Source: Mobula hypostoma
Taxonomy: Eukaryota
DNA: 64,000 nucleotides
Assembly (NCBI RefSeq): GCF_963921235.1
Contig: NC_086097.1
Location: forward strand, 154,630,001 to 154,694,000
Reading direction: 5' to 3'
A program made the position numbers and the translations under genes. This document shows positions 26,801 to 39,889 of the stretch, piece after piece. The notes below the pieces were generated by a model that ran no database searches, was not told where the DNA came from, and saw only the letters and a list, made by a program, of their open reading frames with translations. Within the stretch, counting starts at the first letter, position 1. The number at the start of each line of letters is the position of its first letter.

Positions 26801-26920
26801 TGTTAAGAAGAAACTTACATGCTGCGGATTGCAGTGTGAAAGTAGTATATTTAAGCGGAAAACTGGTACAATTTCCTGCAGCCCACAGAGAGTCGCTGAT
26901 ATACACTAGTGCCATCTTGT
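17878..26920 (-). mobile_element. Rex1/Babar LINE, near full length and degenerate, split by an L1 (pieces 17878-20224 and 26220-26920)
   Basis: FIDYSSAFNTI, QGCVL, KFADDTTVVG (RT); TLDHCY, FGKSDHLAV (APE); 5' end aagatggc at ~26918. Confidence 0.85.
20225..26219 (-). mobile_element. Full-length (~6 kb) L1-clade LINE, degenerate ORF1 (~26110-25215) and ORF2 (~24335-20566)
   Basis: ORF1 motif FEGGKIFFFSDIS...YSLLYPAK; ORF2 FLSLNVNG, GGDFN, SRIDLF, LSDH, AEKAFDR, QGCPLSP, LFADD; A-rich tail; 13-bp TSD tgggcc(g/a)tttctt at 20212-20224 and 26220-26232. Confidence 0.92.
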
Positions 26921-28474
26921 CACCAAGGATTCATTTGTCACAGATAAGTTGTAAAATGCAGGGCCCCAGCCTGAAGAAACAGCTATTCTGAAATTGAGTT
27001 AATTTTCAAAAAGTGATTATGAACATGCAAAGACATGCCAGGTTATGGCAAATTGTCCTGTGTTGCTAGTGTGTTGCTGGGCAGTGCAGCTCGTTGGGCT
27101 GGGAGTGTCTGTTCTGCTCTGTATCGTGGAATAAACAAAATGGCTAACAGAAGGAAGTCCATGTGTTGAAACACAAAAGAATGAAGAGGGAGCACAACCA
27201 AAGTGGCATAGATGTTGGTGAAGAAATGCTCTGTATATGGGAAAAGGTCTTTGTGCTATGGACTGGAAAGTATTTTCTACAAACGTGATTCTACAAAACA
27301 AAATGATGTTCTGTAACATCATTACAACATAATGAAGTGCTTTTTGAAATCCATGATTCAGATAAGCTGGGCGGAGGAGTGTTAGATTCAGAGTACCTTG
27401 TCCCAAAAGAGGTACATCGTGTTGAAGTAGCTATAATATATAATTACCTGAAGTAGTAATGTATTCTAAATGTTGGTACAAGGGAAAACAGTGACATTTT
27501 AACTTGACTTGGGAGCAACACATAATATCTACTAAAGCAAGCCATTAGTCTCCAAGCGTGGTTATTAAAATTAATGTATCATGTACTGTCACAAATCAAC
27601 TAGGTACATGCTGTCGATGGGCAAGAGCACAGATTGTGAGATTGAGAGATGTTCTAAGAAGTAGCAGAAGAGGTGAACCCAAAGAATCAAGTGAGTTTGG
27701 GCTTGGATTTTGTCACATTAAGGTTGAAAGATGCTACATGTATAGTTGGTTACACTGCAATCAAGTGGATGGGCTGATAAAGATGGTGGCAGGATCCTGG
27801 AAACAGCAAAAATAAACATTGCCACCACATATATACCAAAGAACTGTTACTGAGATCTGCTATGGCAGAACATAGCAGTGACTCAACACGAGCCATACAC
27901 CAGATCCCAAGGGTTCATGACAGAGAAGAGCCAGATTGGGGGAACAGACATAAGGACAAGTCTGAAAGAATACTCTATCAAAGTAAATATCTGAATAACT
28001 TTATGCCAAAATGCACAGAGAATAAAATAGAAGTAGAAAGTGTGGAAAATATTCAGCAGATCAAGCAACATCAGATGAATCAGAAAGAAACTTAACATTT
28101 CAGGATGATGGCCCATTGTAACAACAGTTATTTTGGATGCTTGTTCTTTCACCTAACATTTCAAAGAATGTCAGATCTGGTTAACTGCTCTTTACACACA
28201 CACACCGTAACAATGTTTAGGGAGAAGCATCCAGAAGATTTTGCCCTACAATGGAGATGTTTATTTGACTCTTGGAAACATATAGAAAACAATACCATCT
28301 CCTTGTAAATGCATTTGCTTAACAAATTACTTGTTGACTGTCTTGTGTAGAGAAAGACACTATGTCCTGGGAATGTGTCAGCAATTTGAGAAGGCAAAAT
28401 GTTGCAAAGTGAACATTTTGAAAGGAAAAAAATAAGCAATGGTCTCACAATTGACATTATCTTTTCCATTTTAG

Positions 28475-28528
28475 GGTGCTCCTGGGCCTGTTGGTCGAGA
28501 TGGGACTCCTGGAGCTAAAGGCATAAAG
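28475..28528 (+). CDS. Collagen exon, 54 bp, GAPGPVGRDGTPGAKGIK
   Basis: ttttag|...|gtaaca. Confidence 0.9.
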
Positions 28529-29850
28529 GTAACAAGAATTGAAGCTACTGTATGTGCCCCAATAAATTGCCAGTATGTTAGATTGGTCCTTTATTTGCAA
28601 TGAAAGTAACCTTGAAACTTCTGGTTTGTGCTCATTGACAAGTCAGATCAGATGCTCTAAATGCAGGATACACTTTTCTGTCCCTGGCTTTCAGAAAACA
28701 TCATGGCTCATCACTGAGTGCGAAGAATGGCTCAAGATTGTTTTCATGTGATCGATATGAACTAACGTCAACAGGTGTTCATTTTAATGCAAGTTCCTTT
28801 TAACAATGACCAAATAGTCTCACCGACTCTGAAAATTATCATTATAGGCAATAAATCTTATTTCTGCTGGTTCTGTTTGTTGTTACAGATATTAAAGATA
28901 TACAAATTATTTTTCCACTTTTCACACACCTCACTCTTTCTTAACTCCAATCTTTCTTTCCGGTCCTCCTTTCACTTTTTATAGATGACTTGACATTGAC
29001 TTCAATGTAAATAGCATAACTCTTCAACCTCAGTGGTATAGGAGAGATGCACATCACCTTCCTGGAAAGCAAAGAAGAAATCAGCTCATACTTTCAGAAA
29101 TACAATTAAGGATGCCATCATGGGAATGTGCCAGTCTTTGCCCTGCTGCAGCAAATTATATTTTATTATTGGAAGGGAAACAGAATATGTTTGTAGAGGA
29201 TTGAGGCAGCCTCTTCCGTAATGTCAAAAAGGTGATATTAAGATTCTTTGCTGGCCTTCCAATGGCTCCCTCTACTCATTTTATGATCCCATCAATGTTC
29301 TTTTCATGACTGAGTCATTGCAGAGATTTTGATATGCTCAGACCCACCCATCAACACCCGCCGCTAATTGCTGGTCATTTGATGCCATCAAACACATATT
29401 TAACTGATTTCTATAGTGTGCTAGTACTTGGTAATTCCTCCTTGGCGACTGTCTTCCTCCAAAATATCATGTGATACAGGATGCTGGTGACCTGAAGACC
29501 TGAGAAGATGGAGGAAAAAAAGATCAAGGATAGATAAGTGTGTTCACTCTGCTTGGGTCTTTGATCTCCAGGACATTATTAGGGAAAGAAGCTAGGAACA
29601 TTTCTCAAGGCATTGATTTTCTGTCTCATTGTGTCCTGTTTATTCTTACAGCCAGAGATGTTGCTGGTAAGATCATGACTGTTGAAATGATAAGGAGAGA
29701 TGTGGTGCACATGTGGTGTGACAGATATGTTGAGAAGATCAGATGATGCTGGATAGAAAGAGATAAAAATAAGACTAAATTTAAGCTGTACGTAGAATTT
29801 GAAGTGAGGGACAAGTAGAGTTCAGTGGAGTCGGAAAAGGAGTGCTATGA

Positions 29851-32314
29851 ATAGAAACATAGAAACATAGAAAATAGGTGCAGGAGTAGGCCATTCGGCC
29901 CTTCGAGCCTGCACCGCCATTTATTATGATCATGGCTGATCATCCAACTCAGAACCCCGCCCCAGCCTTCCCTCCATACCCCCTGACCCCCGTAGGCACA
30001 AGGGCCATATCTAACTCCCTCTTAAACACAGCCAATGAACTGGCCTCAATTGTTTCCTGTGGCAGAGAATTCCACAGATTCACCACTCTCTGTGTGAAGA
30101 AGTTTTTCCTAATCTCGGTCCTAAAAGGCTTCCCCTCTATCCTCAAACTGTGGCCCCTCGTTCTGGACTTCCCCAACATCGGGAACAATCTTCCTGCATC
30201 TAGCCTGTCCAATCCCTTTAGGATTTTATACGTTTCAATCAGATCCCCCCTCAATCTTCTAAATTCCAACGAGTACAAGCCCAGTTCATCCAGTCTTTCT
30301 TCATATGAAAGTCCTGCCATCCCAGGAATCAATCTGGTGAACCTTCTTTGTACTCCCTCTATGACAAGGATGCCTTTCCTCAGATTAGGGGACCAAAACT
30401 GCACACAATACTCCAGGTGTGGTCTCACCAAGGCCTTGTACAACTGCAGTAGTACCTCCCTGCTCCTGTACTCGAATCTTCTCGCTATAAATGCCAGCAT
30501 ACCATTCGCCTTTTTCACCGCCTGCTGTACCTGCATGCCCACTTTCAATGACTGGTGTAGAATGACACCCAGGTCTCGTTGCACCTCCCCTTTTCCTAAT
30601 CAGCCACCATTCAGATAATAATCTGTTTTCCTATTTTTGCCACCAAAGTGGATAACTTCACATTTATCCACATTAAATTGCATCTGCCATGAATTTGCCC
30701 ACTCACCCAACCTATCCAAGTCACCCTGCATCCTCTTAGCATCCTCCTCACAGCTAACACTGCCACCCAGCTTCGTGTCATCTGCAAACTTGGAGATGCT
30801 GAATTTAATTCCCTCATCCAAGTCATTAATACATATTGTAAACAACTGGGGTCCCAGCACTGAGCCTTGCGGTACCCCACTAGTCACCGCCTGCCATTCT
30901 GAAAAGGTCCCGTTTATTTCCACTCTTTGCTTCCTGTCTGCTAACCAATTCTCCACCCACACCAATACCTTACCCCCAATACCGTGTGCTTTAAGTTTGC
31001 ACACTAATCTCCTGTGTGGGACCTTGTCAAAAGCCTTTTGAAAATCCAAATATACCACATCCACTGGTTCTCCCCTATCCACTCTACTAGTTACATCCTC
31101 AAAAAATTCTATGAGATTCGTCAGACATGATTTTCCTTTCACAAATCCATGCTGACTTTGTCCGATCATTTCACCGCTTTCCAAATGTGCTGTTATCACA
31201 TCCTTAATAACTGACTCCAGCAGTTTCCCCACCACTGACGTTAGGCTAACTGGTCTATAATTCCCCGGTTTCTCTCTCCCTCCTTTTTTAAAAAGTGGGG
31301 TTACATTAGCCACCCTCCAATCCTCAGGAACTAGTCCAGAATCTAACGAGTTTTGAAAAATTATCACTAATGCATCCACTATTTCTTGGGCTACTTCCTT
31401 AAGTACTCTAGGATGCAGACCATCTGGCCCTGGGGATTTATCTGCCTTCAATCCCTTCAATTTACCTAACACCACTTCCCTACTAACCTATATTTCACTC
31501 AGTTCCTCCATCTCACTGGACCCTCTGTCCCCTACTATTTCTGGAAGATTATTTATGTCCTCCTTAGTGAAGACAGAACCAAAGTAATTATTCAATTGGT
31601 CTGCCATGTCCTTGCTCCCCATAATCAATTCACCTGTTTCTGTCTGTAGGGGACCTACATTTGTCTTTACCAGTCTTTTCCTTTTTACATATCTATAAAA
31701 GCTTTTACAGTCCGTTTTTATGTTCCCTGCCAGTTTTCTCTCATAATCTTTTTTCCCCTTCCTAATTAAGCCCTTTGTCCTCCTCTGCTGAAATCTGAAT
31801 TTCTCCCAGTCCTCAGGTGAGCCACTTTCTCTGGCTAATTTGTATGCTTCTTCTTTGGAATTGATACTATCCCTAATTTCTCTTGTCAGCCACGGATGCA
31901 CTACCTTCCTTGATTTATTCTTTTGCCAAACTGGGATGAACAATTGTTGTAGTTCATCCATGCAACCTTTAAATGCTTGCCATTGCATATCCACCGTCAA
32001 TTCTTTAAGTGTCATTTGCCAGTCTATCTTAGCTAATTCACGTCTCATACCTTCAAAGTTACCCCTCTTTAAGTTCAGAACCTTTGTTTCTGAATTAATT
32101 ATGTCACTCTCCATCTTAATGAAGAATTCCACCATATTATGGTCACTCTTACCCAAGGGGCCTCTCACGACAAGATCGCTAATTAACCCTTCCTCATTGC
32201 TCAAAACCCAGTCCAGAATAGCCTGCTCTCTAGTTGGTTCCTCGACATGTTGGTTCAAAAAACCATCCTGCATACACTCCAAGAAATCCTCTTCCTCAGC
32301 ACCTTTACCAATTT
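29851..32314 (-). mobile_element. Young 5'-truncated CR1 LINE (end of APE, RT, tail)
   Basis: ORFs 31488-32282, 30600-31475, 29949-30584 (SDH, KSPGPDG, NYRPVSLTS, FADD); (catagaaa)n tail. Confidence 0.95.
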
Positions 32315-32592
32315 ATCCAATAGGTAATGGATTTTGACCAATAAGTGTATGACAAGATTGTTGAGTGTATATGAGGCAGAGACGATAGGTTCTTGATTGG
32401 TCATTGCATCAAAGGGTACGGGGAGAAGGCCTGGAAATGGGGTTGAGGAGGGGGGAGAAAAGGATCAGCCATGATTGAATGGCAGAGTGGACTCGATGGG
32501 CCAAATGGCCTAATTCTGCTCTTATGTCTTATAGTCTAAGAAGTGAGTTAATATGTTGCAATGAACGGTGAGTTTGATAGAATGAGAAAATC

Positions 32593-33306
32593 TGTAACAG
32601 TTTGTTAGGTGATTAAAGCAAGGGAATTGTTAGAAATGTTTAGGGGTTTCTTTTGTGTTACTGCTAAGGCTAATAAAATGGCTTCCCTGTACTGTTAACT
32701 GCTGAAACAGTGGTTAACGGTAGCAGCTTGTTTGGGTTATAATTACTGATAATGAGAATTGTATTCATTTGCTAACCAATTGGGATAGATGTTATTCTTT
32801 CTTGTGTGTCTGTAAGCTATTGTTTTCGCGGGCTTTGGGCAGAAGTCGCGACAGAGAGAGGAGACGCGATGCCGTAAGCTGGGTGACGGAATGGACCCCG
32901 AGCAGAAGTCCGAGGCCCAGGGTTTTCGACGAGGACAGACTCATGTGAAGCGTTTGGTCGACCGCCAAGGGTGGTCCCATTCGAGAGTTGGCGGAGTACG
33001 GAGGACATCGACTGGAGGAAAGGGAGACCCGGCTCTGTAAGACCTCCAATAAATTATTTGTGCACAGAACTGATAGAGTTACTGGCTTAGTGCCTTTATC
33101 GTATTTGTTTCTACTAACCTATCACCAAGAAATACTTATAAAGTGCAGTTATTTAATTGCATATGGTGCTCTGTCTGTTATTTGGCCTGGTGGGGTACAT
33201 CACACAGCGTCTACACCAACTTGATTACTCAGTTTGCTGGGGCCAAAGGCTGCTCCTCCGAGACGAAAGCGAGCTGAGTGAGCCTGAGGCTTACCAGGAG
33301 GCGACA
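32593..33306. mobile_element. Probable solo LTR (left boundary uncertain)
   Basis: ~700 bp block with CpG-rich core, AATAAA and a CA end; no clean TSD found. Confidence 0.4.
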
Positions 33307-33956
33307 AATGCTATCAAAAAATTGACTGAATTTCTCTGAAAAGGTAAGTAATTAGGAGTGATAAATTTGTCTTTTATTTGCAGCTCTAACTATGAACAAC
33401 ACTCTTGACTGACACCTCCACAGGCTGAGTTGTATTGACTTCTGTGAACCAAAAATGCAATACAGTGAAGAGTCATTACACTCATTTGGATTTTCCTCCA
33501 TGGATCAAAGGGGAACTTGCCTCCAGTGTTTTCCTTTCTCCTTGGGCACGAACATCACTTGGAAAAGCCAAAATTCATTGGCTGTTCCCACTGTTGTAGA
33601 AAAAATGATGGAGGAATTTACACCTCAATCCAGATTGCCTCACTTTGCCCTTTCAACTTCTGTAAACTGTTGTCTTCTCTTTTCCCTCACCTCCGGTAGA
33701 ACATCAGAGAATATTGGAGCAGCTGTTCTACTCATTCCAGTGCTAAAATATATTTTCCAATTGTCTGTACCAGTTTAAAAGCAATTTAAACACAGGAAAT
33801 GTAGTGGGGAGTGAGGTCGACTCCTGATTTGTGTTGGGAATCACAGTGGAAATGATCCACCAATACCATCAACAAATTTAAAACTGATCAATCCTGCTGG
33901 GATACAAGACATTAAATGTTCGCACAAATCCTTATGATTTTATGTTTTCTACGTAG

Positions 33957-34010
33957 AGTGAAGCTGGAATACCAGGCTGAATGGGGGAAGCTGGAGTTCG
34001 TGGTTTACCT
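33957..34010 (+). pseudogene. Collagen exon, 54 bp, SEAGIPG*MGEAGVRGLP; Gly>Ser and in-frame TGA
   Basis: acgtag|AGT...TGA(33978-33980)...CCT|gtaagt. Confidence 0.88.
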
Positions 34011-34817
34011 GTAAGTATTTTCAGCTGCAATATAAAAAAAATCCCTGGGGCAAAATCTAAAAATTTTATTTACGCCACAAAAACAATTTCCTGTATAAGT
34101 CTCTGGTTTCCCTAGAACCAATAGCTGCACCTATGAACCAATTAATTCTCTGAAACATGTTTACAATATATTTGAGGGAGATGATTAAATATATGTTGAT
34201 CACTGAAATTTTAGAAAACTGCATAATTATGATAAGTAATTGAAGGGATGTGACCATTTCTAAGTTACAGGCAGTTAAAAATACTGAAAATGTTGTTTGA
34301 ATTTTAAGAGCAACTTTTTCCTTCCAAATTTCCTGCAAAACATAAGCGTTAATAGTGACTTCACAAATCGCAGGACTTGAAGTTCAGCAATGAATGGTGC
34401 AGTATAATTGTTCATTGCCAGATTATTAGTTGCAGGATAACACTGATAGTTATCACCCTATAACCATTAGGCTCCTGAACCGATGTAGATAACTTCATTC
34501 ACTAATACTCTGAACTGATTCTACAATCTACAGACTCATTTTCAAGGACGTTGTAACGCATTCTCAGTATTATTTGTATTTACATAGTTTGTCTTTCTTT
34601 TGCATATTGGTTGTTTATCAGTCTTTGTTAATGTATAGTTTTTCATAAAATCCTATGGTATTTTTCTCCTTTATATGCCTGCAACAAAATGAATTTCAAG
34701 ATAGCATATGGTGACATATACATACATCTATAATAAAATTACTTCTAACTTTTGAACTTTGATTACATTAGTTTATCAGGGGGGATAGTTGGTAACATCT
34801 AGTATGTTTTTTCTAAG

Positions 34818-34862
34818 GGTTTACATGGATCACCAGGATAAAAAGGACCCACTGGGGAAAAG
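34818..34862 (+). pseudogene. Collagen exon, 45 bp, GLHGSPG*KGPTGEK; in-frame TAA
   Basis: tctaag|GGT...TAA(34839-34841)...AAG|gtaatt. Confidence 0.88.
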
Positions 34863-35849
34863 GTAATTGGTTAACTTTTTCACTGTGAGAAATAACATAA
34901 AGGTTGTTCTAATATAACTTCCCAAAAATATTTACAGCCCCGGAGTAAGGAACAACAAAATAACAAACCTTTCAGATTTTTGAGAAATCAAAAACAAAAG
35001 TTCTGAATCTGGCAATGTGTCCAGAATATTCCAGGAACATCTGGTACAAAACTGGTGCAAACAACCATTTCTGACAAGAGATAGCGAAGAGTTTTGACAC
35101 TTAATATTGGCACTGGGAGGCCCAATGTAAATGTTGTTTCATGTGGGCATATGAGGCTAAGATGTAGAATTGTTAGAAAAAGCATGAAACGATGTATATT
35201 GTGCCCTAACATTCAGAAAGTGAGTATACATGTGATCCAGGCCAAGACCGGGTATAAAATTGTCTTGGTGGGAGATGGCCATGGAGGGTTGCTATTCAGC
35301 TGGGAAGTGTGTATTGAGTGAAGGCGAAAACTGCAAACATACTTTGATAATAAAAGTACTTTGAACCTTGCACCTTGATGAGCAGCAGGAATCGATGCCA
35401 GGTTCTTTACTGTCCCTGTGAGGAAGAAAGGCAAGGATGGCGAGGTTAATGTGACGAGAGGCCGAGGCCAAGATGGAAAGGAGCCAAATGCTGGAATATA
35501 TGAGATGAGAATCGAGAGACAATTTTGAGACTGAGACAAGAATGGGGTTCTTGACTAGATGCTAGACAAGAACCTGACCAGGCTAGATGAGAATCCAAAC
35601 GAGACAGAAATCCTCAATGCAATCCTGGACTGAACCAAAGTTGAGCTGACGACTGAGCTCCAAACCTATGTCCAGGTGCTCTTTAAATGTCCTAATCTTA
35701 GTGCCAAAGCATGGCTGCCAAATTAGCAGAGCAGGCCAGAATCTTTAGAGGGACCGTGCCAGCTGTACATACTGTGGAGAACTGGAGCATCTAAACCCTG
35801 GAGGCTGGCACGGTCAGGTGCATACTGGAACGTCGGGTGACGGGAGTGT

Positions 35850-37915
35850 TTTAAATTCAGTCAAGAAGGAAAAGGAAGCATGTGTAATGTTTAGGAAGCT
35901 GAAATCAGAAAAGGGAATGTGAAGAAGAAGAAAAAGAATTAAAAATAAAACAATTAAGAGGGCCTGCAGAGAGAGGAAGTGGGTAAGATACTAAATTAGT
36001 ATGTTGCATCAGATGGACATTGGGGATGGTGAGATCAGAAAGGTGTATGATGAAATTATGTTAAGTGAATGTTGATGACAAGAAAGAGGAGCCGTTGAGC
36101 CTCTTAAAGAAAATGAGAGTAGATCATTCACCAGGGCCTGGCAGGATCTATTTAGATTGTTGAGAGATCCAAGAAGGGAAATTACTGGGGCTTAAACGGA
36201 TCTTTATACTCTTGTTAGCCACAGGTGAGGGTTGTGAGGACAGGAGAATAGCCAATGTTGTTCCTTGGTTTAAGAAGTGCAGTAGAGACAAACCAGGAAA
36301 TTATAGGCCAGGGAGCTTTACTTCAGTGAGAGGGAAATTATTGGCAAAGAAATTATTTACTCACATCTAGAAAGCCTTTGACTTTTCAGATATCGCCAGC
36401 ATGGTTTTGTGCACGGGAGGTCACGTCATACAAAATTGACTGAGGTTTTTGAGGAGATGATAAAGACGTTTGAGAGAATGGCAGTGAATATTGTCTGCAT
36501 GGATTTTAGCAAAGGATTTGGCACAGCTCCTTATGGTAAGCTGGGAGCCAGAGGATTAAGGCATATGAAATTTTTGAAGAATTGGTAGATTGAATTCAAA
36601 AATGAAAGAAAGAGGGTAACGGTGGAGGGGTGTTATTCTGACCGGTGACCTGTGATCACCAGTGTTCTTCAGGGATCAGGGCTGGAACATTTGATTTGGT
36701 TATTTTTATATATTTATTTAAAATATACCACCTATTTTATACCAAAAATATTGGTGGGTTGATTTTAAGTTTGCAGATGATACGAAAAGTTGTGGATAAT
36801 GAGGAAGGTTGTCAAAAGATAGAACAGGATATAGGTCATTTGGAAATGTGACTGGTATAATTTAATCTGGAAAAATGTGTTGTGTTGCACTTTGGGAGAT
36901 CAATCCGAAGAGGAACATATAGAGTAAATGGCAAAAGCCTTGGATGTATTAATGTATAGAGTGATCCATAGTTCCCTGAAAGTGGCAATGCAATTAAACA
37001 GGGGGGTAAAGAAGGTGCATGATACACATCTGTCATTGGTCAGGGCATTGAATATTAAAGTTGGGAAGTCAAGTGGCAGGTTCATAAAACTTCGGTTCGG
37101 CCACATTTGGAGAACTGTGTGCAGATCTGGACAGCACATTACAGAAAAGATGAGGAGGCTTTGGAGGAGGTGCAGAAAGGGTTCACTAGAAGAGATACAC
37201 TCAAAAACTTCTATAGGTGTATTGTGGAGAGCATTCTGACAGGCTGATTAGATTTACAATGTTCCTAAATGGACATCGAATTTTTGGACACCACCTCACT
37301 TTTTAAAAAATATACAGTATTCTGTTTTTTCACTTCTTTAAAATCCATTCAATATACGTAATTGATTTACTTGTTTATTTATTAATTTTTTTCTCTCTCT
37401 GCTAGATTATGTGTTGCATTGAACTGCTGCTGCTAAGTTAACAAATTTCACATCACATGCTGGTGATAATAAACCTGATTCTTATTCTGAGATGCTTGGA
37501 TTGGAGAATTTTACCTATAAGGAGAGTTTGACCAAAGTTGGATTGTCCTCTCTGGAATGTCAGGGGCTAAGGGCCAACCTGATTGAAGTAAATAATATTA
37601 TGAGAGGCGTAAATAGGGAAGATAGTTGGAGTCATTTTCCCAAGGTGGAAATGTCAATTACGAGAGGGCATAGTTTTAAGGTGAGGTGAGGAGGGGAAAG
37701 TTTAAGGGAGAATAATAAAGCAAGCTCTTTTTTTTACAGAGATTGCTAGCTGCCTGGAAAGCACTGTCAGGAGAGGGGGTTGAAGCAGGTACAATAGCAA
37801 TGTTTAAAAAGCTTCAGACAGTCACATGACCAGACAAGGAATAGTGCATTATAGATCACTTGCAGGCAAATGAGGCAGATATGCAGTTTAAATTGGCACC
37901 ATGGCTTGCACAGAT
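35850..37915 (+). mobile_element. Old degenerate CR1 LINE interrupted (~37190-37490) by the 3' end of another LINE
   Basis: Decayed NYRP.SLTS, QHGF, FADD and C-terminal motifs; aataaacctgattcttattctga tail at ~37470-37490; boundaries approximate. Confidence 0.7.
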
Positions 37916-37957
37916 AGGGGCCTAATAAATTTACGTGTGTGTTCATATATAATAGTA

Positions 37958-38360
37958 CAGTACTGTGTAAAAGTCTTAAGCATGTGAAATAATTCTTTAA
38001 GGTAACGATGCTTTCAGAAATAATTAAATGAAAAGTTTCTAAGTATCAACAAATATTGTTATGTACAGCAGTAAACAGTAAAAATCTATATCTAATCAAT
38101 ATTTGGTGTCACTACCCTTTGCATTTAAGACTGCATCCATTCTCTTAGATACATTATTATGCAGTTTTATAAGAAAATCAGTTGGTAGATTGTTCCAAGC
38201 ATCTTGAATAATCATCACAGTTCTTCTGCAGACTTTGGCTATCTTGTTTGCTTCTGTCTTTCCAGGTAATCCTGCCTCAATGATGGTGCGATCAGCTATC
38301 TGTGGAGGCCACAGCATCTGAAACCGTATAACAAAAATTAGGGTGCCTAAGACTTTTGTA
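37958..38360 (-). mobile_element. Tc1/mariner internally deleted element
   Basis: TA-cagtactgtgtaaaagtcttaagca ... gtgcctaagacttttgta TIRs; ORF ends DAWNNL...RMDAVLNAKGSDTKY (Tc1 C-terminus). Confidence 0.8.
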
Positions 38361-38389
38361 TGATGATATATACAAACACAACCACAAAT

Positions 38390-39110
38390 TTGAAAGGGAT
38401 TTGTAGTATAGTGGATAGTGTAGAAGGTTATCTAAGGTTTAAACAAGATTTAGATGAACTGGGAAAGTGGAGAAGGTGATTGCTGATTGAATTTAACTGA
38501 AGTAGTGCAAAGTGTTGTATTTTGGGAAGCCAAACGGACTGGTGAGTTAATAACAGGAAACAAAGAACTAGAAGAAATATTGAATCAATTTTTTGCAACA
38601 GTCTTCACAGTGGAGGACACTGAAAATACACAAGATAAAATATGGGCTAATTTCAAATAGTACTGAGTAAAGTAGAAGTTCTTGTCACCAGGGGTTTTGG
38701 CCTTTATTGCAAAAGGGTTGAAATTTAAGAAGAGGGAAGTTTTGGTACAGTTGCACGGGGTTTTGGTAAAGCCATCCCTGGAATACTGTGTTCCTGTTTG
38801 GTCCCCTGAAAACAAACAATGTAGTAGCATTGGAGGCAAATCAAAGGAGATTCTCCAGGCTAATTTATGGAATGAAAAGTTGCTCTCTTTAGAGAGGCTT
38901 GACAGTTTCTGCCTTTATTCCTCAGAGTTTCTAACAATGAAGGGTGACCTTATTCAGGCATTTAAGACCCTAAGGGGGTTTGACAGGGCGGATGTTATTT
39001 GAAAGATTGAGGAATTGAGGATTATGAGGAACTGACAAAGAAGTAGAGTTGAGACTGGCATTGATCAGCCTTGATCACATTGAATGGCAGGGCAGGCTTG
39101 AGGGCTTTGG
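38390..39110 (+). mobile_element. Degenerate CR1 fragments
   Basis: LAFIAKG..KKREVLVQL...LEYCVPVWSP; boundaries approximate. Confidence 0.65.
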
Positions 39111-39197
39111 AGAACTACTGCTGCTACCATTGCTATTGTTTCTTTGTATTTTTGTGTTATCTTTAATGTCTTTAAAGTTACTGTTGCCTAATTTCAG

Positions 39198-39251
39198 GGT
39201 GATATTGGTGAGATGGGACTGATGGGTCCTCCTGGAATCCCAGGGCAGCCT
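39198..39251 (+). CDS. Collagen exon, 54 bp, GDIGEMGLMGPPGIPGQP
   Basis: tttcag|...|gtaagt. Confidence 0.9.
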
Positions 39252-39889
39252 GTAAGTAACAAATGATTTCCATCTAGACACTTGTGTAGCCTTTGTGACA
39301 TTGATGTTCAAATACGTTTTTCTCATTTGTGTTCAGGCAACATTTTCCACAACTCAAAAAGTTTTACTTTATTGCCACTTAGCTCCTGCAAATAAGCTTT
39401 TATGAGGTGTCTTCCAATCAGTAAAAAAAATGATAGAAAAAGAAAGGGAATGCCTTTGATTTTGTGGGAGAAATTACAGTATTTCTCTGCACTTTTGCTA
39501 ATACTTCTTTGCATAATTCTCAGCAACTGAGGGATTTCCTTATGAGCATTGATAGTCAAATCTGTAAGCAAGTGTTGGCAACAGTTCTGCTGACCACACT
39601 CCAATGTTGTGGAAGTCCCCAACACGAATGCTGAACACCTGCGCCAGTGTTCCCCATTCATTCATGAGAGGAAAACTCCTGTAAGAGACCAAGACAAGTC
39701 ATGTACTTCTGGAATTTTTAATTTATTTTAGCTTATTAAAGTCTTTCAGGTATTTCAAATATTTAATATTTTTTACTATTTTACTATTTTTAAAGCCATT
39801 TAATATTTTATAAATCATTTATCTTAAAAAAAATCCTATTGTTTTTTATAGTCTAAACAGGGAAATTCCTAGATTTTTTTAAACATCCT

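Noticed and set aside
33978..33980. TGA as selenocysteine or readthrough
   Set aside because: Accompanied by TAA stops, frameshifts and splice losses; no precedent known to me in collagens
35330..35840. GC-richer block with short imperfect repeats, possibly LTR-derived
   Set aside because: No termini, TSD or coding motif could be established
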